NCBI GenBank assembly: GCA_029762535.1
Contig: JARVGK010000048.1
Span: 1 to 14,418 of the forward strand
Direction: 5' to 3'
Source: Thermoplasmatota archaeon
GTDB taxonomy: Archaea > Thermoplasmatota > Penumbrarchaeia > Penumbrarchaeales > Penumbrarchaeaceae
DNA: 14,418 nucleotides
Below are positions 8,474 through 14,418 of this stretch, one piece after another (position 1 is the first letter of the stretch; the number at the start of each line of letters is the position of its first letter). The notes beneath the pieces are model-generated. The model did not search any database. It was given only the letters and a program-made list of their open reading frames with translations, and was not told where the DNA came from. A program made the translations under genes and the position numbers.

Positions 8474-11400
8474 TCATTCCTTTTCAACAGATGTTTTCGG
8501 GTCCGTTTTGATCTCATCCTCGATGGGTTTCGAGGCGCTCAATTTGCCTTCGGCCACAACCGGTTCTGATCGTTCCCCCTCAACCGCCTTGCTCTCGATC
8601 CTCTCCAGATGATCCGCGGCTTCGGTGATGATCTCCTTCGTGCCCCTGATCATATCTTCGCCGGTGCTGACACGCCTTTTCCTGGTCAGTATCATTATCT
8701 GCAGAACGATCACCGCAAGAAGCATTATGCCCAACACTACCATGCCAGCGATCATGAGAGGCGAACCCAATATACTGTCTCCTTCAATGACCGTTATGCG
8801 GAAAGACATCTCGGTCTCATCGATCCCGTCGCTGATGGATACCCGGACAGTGTGATCGCCAAGTTGATGAGCGTAGGGAGTCCAGGTGATCGAGCCGTCC
8901 TCTTCAGAGACCTCCATGCCTGCAGGGCCATCCTTCAGTGTAAAGACCAGTTCGTCATCCTCGGTATCGGCGTCCTCACCGGCCATGGTGTAATGGTAAC
9001 TCTTCTTGACCTCTGCTTTCTGGTCCCGTATCCGTTCGATAGTCGGGGCATTGTTGACCTTGAACGAGCTCACGCCATGTTCGCAGGTGCCGTATGTGCA
9101 TCGGTCGAAAGGTATCACGGTCCAGTAATACGTCTTACCTTGTTCGAGCCCGGTCACGTTCAAAACTTCCCCTGAATGATCGTCAGAATGTATCGCATCC
9201 GCTCTTCTCCCTTCCACAAGATCCCGATCCTCGTGAAGATAGATCGTGTATGTCAAAGCATCGTTCTCAGGGTCGACGCCCTTCCATTCTAGTCGCGTCA
9301 TTTTAAATGAGGTCCTAATTCCTTGAGCTGGGGCCAGGAGCGTCGATCGAGGAGATCCGGTCGGTATTATTTTCAACAGGAACACATGAGTAATGTGCAG
9401 GATTCCATCGGATGCCCTGAGGTTCACCTCCAGTTCATCGCCCTCTCCCTCGAATACCCTATAATCGGCCCTCCACTCTATGAGCCCGTTCCTGCTGTTG
9501 ATGGTCATATTCGATTCCGGTGAGGTCCACAATGAGTATTCCATAACGTCATCCGGGTCCGGATCCATCGCTCTGACATTGGACCTGAACACGGTTCCGT
9601 GCACGACCTCGGCATTCGATGGCACATCTGTCCACACGGGTCTGTCGTTCACGTCCTCCACGGTGAGATCGAATACCCTGCTCCCGGTCAGGTTCCCCGG
9701 ATCCCTGACGGTGACGTTGACGGACCATGATCCCACATCATTTTGTCCCGGTGTCCCGGACAACTCACCCGTCACATCGTCCATCGTCAGGAACCGTGCA
9801 TCAGTGTATAGTTCCCAGGACAGGTCCGTATCTCCGTCAGGATCCGTTGCCTCGAATCGTCTGTAATATTGTTCTCCCTGTTTTATGCTTCTCAACGGTG
9901 AGGTGGTTATGAATGGCGGTTTATTGACGCTCATCACGTTGAGCAGAAAAGAAGTGGAATTGATCCCGCCTTTCCCGTCATTGACCGTGACAACAACGCT
10001 CATGATCCCAACATCACGGCTCTTTGGCGTGCCCGATAGTATTCCGGTGTCCTTGTCCATGGATAGCCAAGAATCGGATGGATAAACGGACCAAGTTATC
10101 GATCCCTGCCCGTCATCCGATGAATCGTAATCCACCACATATTCAAGCCCCTCGTAGGCGACGAGTACGTTTTCGGTGAGTATCCTCGGGGGGGTATTGA
10201 TCACCTCTATCTGGAATTCGTGAACATCTGAATGTCCCCTGTCATCCCAAATGTGTATGATGACGAACCATTCATCGATGTGGTTGTTGTTGGGGATACC
10301 GTGAAGGACCTTCTCATCCTCATCCCATTCGAGCCAGCCATATTCATTGAACGATATTTCCCAAGTCTCCGTCTCGTATCCGAAATTCCAGTATCTGACC
10401 CTGTACTCCTCATGCTCGATTGCCTCGGTCACGTCCTGGAGCGGCCTGAGCTGGATGGGTGTATGGATCATGAACTTTGCTTCAACCTCAGGCGATTCAA
10501 TCGAACGAATGGTCACGTTCTCGAAATAATCCATCGTCAGGGGAATATCAAGAAAACATATGTATTCGCCCGAACTCGGGCCGGTTTCCGTCAGAACAAC
10601 CGGATGATTGAACACTGTTATTCCATCAGAGGTGATGTTGACGAAAGATCTGTCCACCGTTATTGGATTGGAATCCAAACCTTCTACCTTGATCCATACC
10701 CTTTCTCCGAGGTCCATCTTGTCGATATCGTATTCGAATGATTCGTCGTTACTGATAGATACAGAGCTCACATCTATCGGCCTGAACGGATAATCTATTA
10801 CGATAGATGCGCTGATCGAGGGGTCCTTCCATGATACTATATCGACAACATCGAAATAAATGGCATTCTCCGGGATGGGGAGGGCGCCGCGGAAAACGCC
10901 GGAGTCCTTGCCGGTCTCCAGAAGCGTGACCTGTCTTCTTGCCACAGCTCCGCTCCGATAAGTGATGTTCACCCTTGCACCGCTTATCATGCTCGTGTTG
11001 GCATCCAGGCCGTATAGTTCGACATATGCCTTCTCCCCGATGTCGAACAGCTCCCTCTCCTCGAAGAAATCAGGGCTGCCGTAAACCTTTATGTGATGGA
11101 CCATGAGCGGTTCCAGCCATGGGACCAGGTCCATCGAGAACAGCACTGCATCCGATGAGCCTTTCAATGTGTTCTGGTACGATTCGTTCAGGACGGGGAA
11201 ATTAGCCGAGGTGGTATGGCCCGTGAACAGAGCTCGACCGTTGGGGTCGACGAACATGCCAGTTAACGTGTCGTTGCCCGATCCGCCCATAAAACTGCAG
11301 TAGGTCTGGTTTTTAAACCCGTCCTCAAGGATGGTTATGAACATATCCTTACCCCCTGCACTCGTCTTCTGGAACGCATCTTCGGTTGTGAGTAGGTCGG

Positions 11401-13330
11401 AAGATGAGCTGTAGCCAGCTACAATTACCATTCCCGTCGGATCGGTATCAACACACACGGCATAATCCATAGAACTGCCGCCGACGAATGTCGAAGCTAC
11501 GATATCCGACATATTCGCCAACAGTTCGGTCACGAACCCCTCATAATAACCGGCGAACGTCGTCCTGAACGCATTGTCAGATAGAGGGTAATCGTTCGAG
11601 TATGTATCCCCGGCCACCACTATATTTCCGTTATCCCTGACCGTCAAAGAGTAAGCCCGATCCGTGCTGCTACCGCCATAAAGCGTGGAGGATAAGACGG
11701 CGGATGCGTCGCTCTTCAACCTGGTCAGGTAACCATCCGATGAACCTTTAAGGGTGCGGCTGTAAGCGCCTTCGGTCGTTGGAAAGTTTGATGAATATGT
11801 ATATCCGGCTATCAGTATGTCGCCGTTCGAGAGTTCCTTGAGATCCTCGACGTAATCGAAATTTCCAGACCCGCCTATATACGTAGAGAATGCGATAGTA
11901 TTTCCGGAGCTCTGGAATTTGGTTATGAAACCGTCGTTACTTCCGGACATGGATTCCATTAATACTCCGCTCGTGGTCGGATAATCGTTCGAGCCTGTGA
12001 ACCCCCACACGAAGAAACCGCCATCCGATGAAGCGGAGATGCCTTTGGCTCTATCATAAGACCCGCTACCCCCAAGGTAGGATGAGAATAACAACGATGT
12101 GCCATTTGAATCAAGTTTGAGGAACACTGCATCATAATAGCCTTTCAGCGAGTCCTGATAACAATCGGTCGTTGTGGGAAAGTCGGACGAACCTGTGATC
12201 CCGGCAAGGAGTATGCCATCCTCCATGACATCGATCGTGCAGCCGTAATACCCCTGAGAACCCTCGGATCCTGATCCGCCTATGTACGTGGAGAAAATGA
12301 GGTTGGAGAGGTCGTCATCGAACTTGGATACGAAGTAATCATCATAACCACCTCCATAGGAAGTGGAATATGCTCCTGTGCTGGTGGGGAAATCCTGGGA
12401 AGAGGTGCTCCCGGCAAGGACCACCCCGCCGTTCGGATCTTTGGCGACCGAGTAGCCCCACTCCTTTCCCGACCCACCGAAGAACGTAGATGATACTATG
12501 GGATCTATCACCACTCGCCGGTCACGCTGACGGTTAGGGATCGCGAAACCATATGTGTCCTCGGTGATCAACACGAATTCCGAGGGTATCTTATCATCGG
12601 GATCGTCCAAGTAGAAAACATCCAGGTCCCTGTCCATTACCACGCCCTCAGCGAAGTGGATCATCAGCGATCCGTGCTTATCCAAATCCAGTTTATCATG
12701 GCCCAGGACATCTATCCTGACATCCTGAACGGATGCCCGCGGTTCGAGAATGATATCGTATTTCAGCCCCTCGGTGGAGAAATGATACCTGATATCGATG
12801 CCATCCCAAACGTCGTGATATATCACCTCCCGATAGCTGTTCGCATGGGTGACCCACCTGTTCGGATCGTTACCGAGGAAGTAGTTGGTCATATGGGGCA
12901 GAGGATCTATCCCTTTCGGTTCGGGGGCGTAACCATCCTTGAACTTGCATAAAATGACATGGCCGGAGCGACGTCCTGCATACACATCGTGTTCAGGAAG
13001 GAACATTTGGCCCTCATCGAATGTGACGGGGATCATACCGTAATCCTGATCGATAATATCCAGATAGACCCCTTCCGGTCCAAGCCCGATCCGCCCGAAA
13101 GATGCCTCTGCAACGAAGGATATCCTATCATCCCACTGACCCAAATTCTCAGTGAAGAATCCCTGGGCTGAAGGCAATCCATATTCTTCCTTCGGCACGA
13201 TATCTTGGAATCCTTTATCCTTGGTAATAAGCATCCCCGGGAAAATTAGGGCCATCACAAGAAAAATTGCTTTGAACGCGGTGGAGATCTCGATCCCTCC
13301 TGAGCTGCTGTCGGAGGAGCGCCTGTTCAT
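8474..13330 (-). CDS. Type I membrane surface protein: N-terminal hydrophobic segment, SBBP-associated N-terminal domain, 7 SBBP beta-propeller repeats, 2 'LxETG..SG' domains, 5 He_PIG/cadherin-like domains plus 1 FN3-like domain, C-terminal TM and charged tail
   Basis: The FTENLGQW..NYFLGNDPNRW..VWDGIDIRY..KYDIIL..VIDP domain usually precedes SBBP repeats. Seven STY.GGSG.D....G.T.S.DFP...D.F repeats follow. The stalk has NxPP..DPD..TG.LSGTP...VG...V.V.V.D units and GLEQGKTYYWTV (FN3-like). TM LMIAGMVVLGIMLLAVIVLQIMIL is followed by TRKRR. Confidence 0.95.
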   Translation of the reverse strand: MNRRSSDSSSGGIEISTAFKAIFLVMALIFPGMLITKDKGFQDIVPKEEYGLPSAQGFFTENLGQWDDRISFVAEASFGRIGLGPEGVYLDIIDQDYGMIPVTFDEGQMFLPEHDVYAGRRSGHVILCKFKDGYAPEPKGIDPLPHMTNYFLGNDPNRWVTHANSYREVIYHDVWDGIDIRYHFSTEGLKYDIILEPRASVQDVRIDVLGHDKLDLDKHGSLMIHFAEGVVMDRDLDVFYLDDPDDKIPSEFVLITEDTYGFAIPNRQRDRRVVIDPIVSSTFFGGSGKEWGYSVAKDPNGGVVLAGSTSSQDFPTSTGAYSTSYGGGYDDYFVSKFDDDLSNLIFSTYIGGSGSEGSQGYYGCTIDVMEDGILLAGITGSSDFPTTTDCYQDSLKGYYDAVFLKLDSNGTSLLFSSYLGGSGSYDRAKGISASSDGGFFVWGFTGSNDYPTTSGVLMESMSGSNDGFITKFQSSGNTIAFSTYIGGSGNFDYVEDLKELSNGDILIAGYTYSSNFPTTEGAYSRTLKGSSDGYLTRLKSDASAVLSSTLYGGSSTDRAYSLTVRDNGNIVVAGDTYSNDYPLSDNAFRTTFAGYYEGFVTELLANMSDIVASTFVGGSSMDYAVCVDTDPTGMVIVAGYSSSSDLLTTEDAFQKTSAGGKDMFITILEDGFKNQTYCSFMGGSGNDTLTGMFVDPNGRALFTGHTTSANFPVLNESYQNTLKGSSDAVLFSMDLVPWLEPLMVHHIKVYGSPDFFEERELFDIGEKAYVELYGLDANTSMISGARVNITYRSGAVARRQVTLLETGKDSGVFRGALPIPENAIYFDVVDIVSWKDPSISASIVIDYPFRPIDVSSVSISNDESFEYDIDKMDLGERVWIKVEGLDSNPITVDRSFVNITSDGITVFNHPVVLTETGPSSGEYICFLDIPLTMDYFENVTIRSIESPEVEAKFMIHTPIQLRPLQDVTEAIEHEEYRVRYWNFGYETETWEISFNEYGWLEWDEDEKVLHGIPNNNHIDEWFVIIHIWDDRGHSDVHEFQIEVINTPPRILTENVLVAYEGLEYVVDYDSSDDGQGSITWSVYPSDSWLSMDKDTGILSGTPKSRDVGIMSVVVTVNDGKGGINSTSFLLNVMSVNKPPFITTSPLRSIKQGEQYYRRFEATDPDGDTDLSWELYTDARFLTMDDVTGELSGTPGQNDVGSWSVNVTVRDPGNLTGSRVFDLTVEDVNDRPVWTDVPSNAEVVHGTVFRSNVRAMDPDPDDVMEYSLWTSPESNMTINSRNGLIEWRADYRVFEGEGDELEVNLRASDGILHITHVFLLKIIPTGSPRSTLLAPAQGIRTSFKMTRLEWKGVDPENDALTYTIYLHEDRDLVEGRRADAIHSDDHSGEVLNVTGLEQGKTYYWTVIPFDRCTYGTCEHGVSSFKVNNAPTIERIRDQKAEVKKSYHYTMAGEDADTEDDELVFTLKDGPAGMEVSEEDGSITWTPYAHQLGDHTVRVSISDGIDETEMSFRITVIEGDSILGSPLMIAGMVVLGIMLLAVIVLQIMILTRKRRVSTGEDMIRGTKEIITEAADHLERIESKAVEGERSEPVVAEGKLSASKPIEDEIKTDPKTSVEKE
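11126..12490 (-). repeat. 7 protein-level SBBP (seven-bladed beta-propeller) repeats
   Basis: Repeats start STFFGGSG, STYIGGSG, SSYLGGSG, STYIGGSG, STLYGGSS, STFVGGSS and CSFMGGSG, with a period of about 65 aa. Confidence 0.9.
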
Positions 13331-13579
13331 CCGAACCTTACGCTACTTATCTATGGTGCCCACTCCGACTGTTAATTCTAGTTGATACTATTTGCTTTTT
13401 ACGGGACAATGGCTGAACGTATCGTTACGTCCCAGTATCATGGCTATTCCATCTTTCCGGTATTAGTTGAGTAACCTTTATTACGGACGACCCGGATTAA
13501 AAGATGATCTTCTCCTCCAACCCCTGGTACAGAGAAGACCCCTGGAGAAGTCATAAATCAAAAAGACCTCTTCTCCAAG

Positions 13580-13768
13580 TCAGATAGGATCGGTCTTGGT
13601 CTCATCGATGATCTCGTCGATACCGAAGGATCCCTCCTCCTTGAATGGATCCGCTTCTTCACCGATCTCTTCCTCATCTTCTTCCATAATAGGAGGAGGC
13701 TGGGTGAATTCCGAATCCTCAGGAGGGATCGATCCCGGATAGTACTACCTGATCATTATCTGAAGCAG
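13580..13768 (-). pseudogene. Degenerate remnant of the TM end and acidic cytoplasmic tail of a paralog of the 8474-13330 gene
   Basis: One frame reads *LLQIMIR*YYPGSIPPEDSEFTQPPPIMEEDEEEIGEEADPFKEEGSFGIDEIIDETKTDPI*. It matches VLQIMIL and EDEIKTDP in the tail of the 1618-aa protein, in the same order and at similar spacing. Confidence 0.6.
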
Positions 13769-13791
13769 TTATTCAACTATTGAGATCACAT

Positions 13792-14418
13792 TCACTCCTC
13801 TTTGGACCCTTCAGATCTTCTAGGTTGTGATCCCCTCCTCCTTGCTATGAGGAGGATCCCCACGATGATGAGAACAAGGATCGATCCCACAACAAGGAGG
13901 ATCATCGCCAGAGGGATCTCTCCGTTCGTTACAACATCGACGACGATCTCACGGCTAATACTGGTCCCGTTGTAGCTGACATGGGCCGTTACCTTACCGG
14001 ACAACGCCTCGAAAGAGGAATGGTCCATCTTATTGTGATCCCCTTCGATCTCGATGGTGCACAAAGATGCGATGTCGTTACCATTTTGATCAAGGGCTAT
14101 GATGCGATATTTCTCTCCCTCTATACGGTCCAGTATAACATCGGTCATGACAGTTCTCTCAAGCACATCGACATCGATACTTTTCTCGAAATCTGATCCG
14201 TAATACGAGCAGGATATCGAAACGGCATATCCACCGGGAACTTCTGAGAGTAGAGTTAAAGAACCCTGAGAATAAGATAGGGACAATCTCTCATCCGAAT
14301 CGAATGAGAGAACGGCATCAGGGATCGGATCCCCGTCCCGGTCGATGAGGGATATATTTACCTCTACTATATCTCCCTGATAGAACGTTATCTTCTCACT
14401 CTCAACACGGATACTATC
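13792..14418 (-). CDS. C-terminal part (208 aa visible) of an Ig-like-domain, TM-anchored surface protein; 5' end outside the window
   Basis: The frame of the track ORF 13792-14286 stays open to the window end (DSIRVESEKITFYQGDIVEVNISLIDRDGDPIPDA...). Two beta-rich units carry LIDRDGDPI and ALDQNGNDI motifs. TM LAMILLVVGSILVLIIVGILLIA is followed by RRR and a tail ending SKEE. Confidence 0.88.
   Translation of the reverse strand, partial: DSIRVESEKITFYQGDIVEVNISLIDRDGDPIPDAVLSFDSDERLSLSYSQGSLTLLSEVPGGYAVSISCSYYGSDFEKSIDVDVLERTVMTDVILDRIEGEKYRIIALDQNGNDIASLCTIEIEGDHNKMDHSSFEALSGKVTAHVSYNGTSISREIVVDVVTNGEIPLAMILLVVGSILVLIIVGILLIARRRGSQPRRSEGSKEE

Noticed and set aside
13310-13330. Tat signal in MNRRSS
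   Set aside because: It lacks the RRxFL consensus; a Sec-type signal or anchor is more plausible for a 1618-aa protein.
1-13330. True integrin alpha/beta heterodimer system
   Set aside because: There is no vWA/beta-I domain, no GFFKR or NPxY tail motif, and I noticed no RGD motif in these proteins.
4139-13385. Short ORFs overlapping the two long genes, e.g. 8609-9175 and 10232-10741
   Set aside because: They overlap well-supported CDSs almost entirely and show no recognisable motifs.
13745-13756. Pyrrolysine/amber readthrough of ATG ATC AGG TAG into the acidic ORF, or readthrough from the 13792 gene
   Set aside because: There are no pyl genes in the window, TAG serves as an ordinary stop at 8466-8468, the remnant is in a different frame from the upstream gene, and an extra TAA intervenes.
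14284-14286. TTG start assigned by the ORF track to 13792-14286
   Set aside because: The frame is open to the window end, and the track product lacks a signal peptide despite a C-terminal TM, so the true start is upstream.
1-14418. CRISPR array, IS element, DGR template/variable repeats, tRNA or rRNA
   Set aside because: I saw no regularly spaced DNA repeats, no transposase, integrase or RT ORF, no long near-identical repeat pair and no RNA gene signature; the long repeats are protein-level and diverged in DNA.

Overview
The window is probably archaeal (Thermoplasmatota-like, inferred from domain style, TATA-like promoters and many N-x-S/T sequons) and consists almost entirely of genes for large secreted or membrane-anchored surface proteins. 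(1) A minus-strand gene missing from the ORF track starts at 3350 and stays open to base 1 (>1116 aa). It has a signal peptide and 14 integrin-alpha-type FG-GAP repeats, probably two tandem 7-bladed propellers. (2) A small GNAT acetyltransferase follows at 3451-3993. (3) A divergent paralog of gene 1 (4134/4158-8468) has 7 FG-GAP repeats, beta-sandwich domains, an inserted PA14 domain, a PKD-like domain, one TM helix and a short tail. (4) A convergent 1618-aa protein (8474-13330) has a 7-blade SBBP propeller, a cadherin-like/He_PIG stalk, a TM helix and a charged tail. (5) The 3' end of another Ig-like TM-anchored protein runs from 13792 to the window end. The gap between genes 4 and 5 holds a stop-interrupted remnant resembling gene 4's TM end and tail. 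I saw no RNA genes, CRISPR arrays or transposases.
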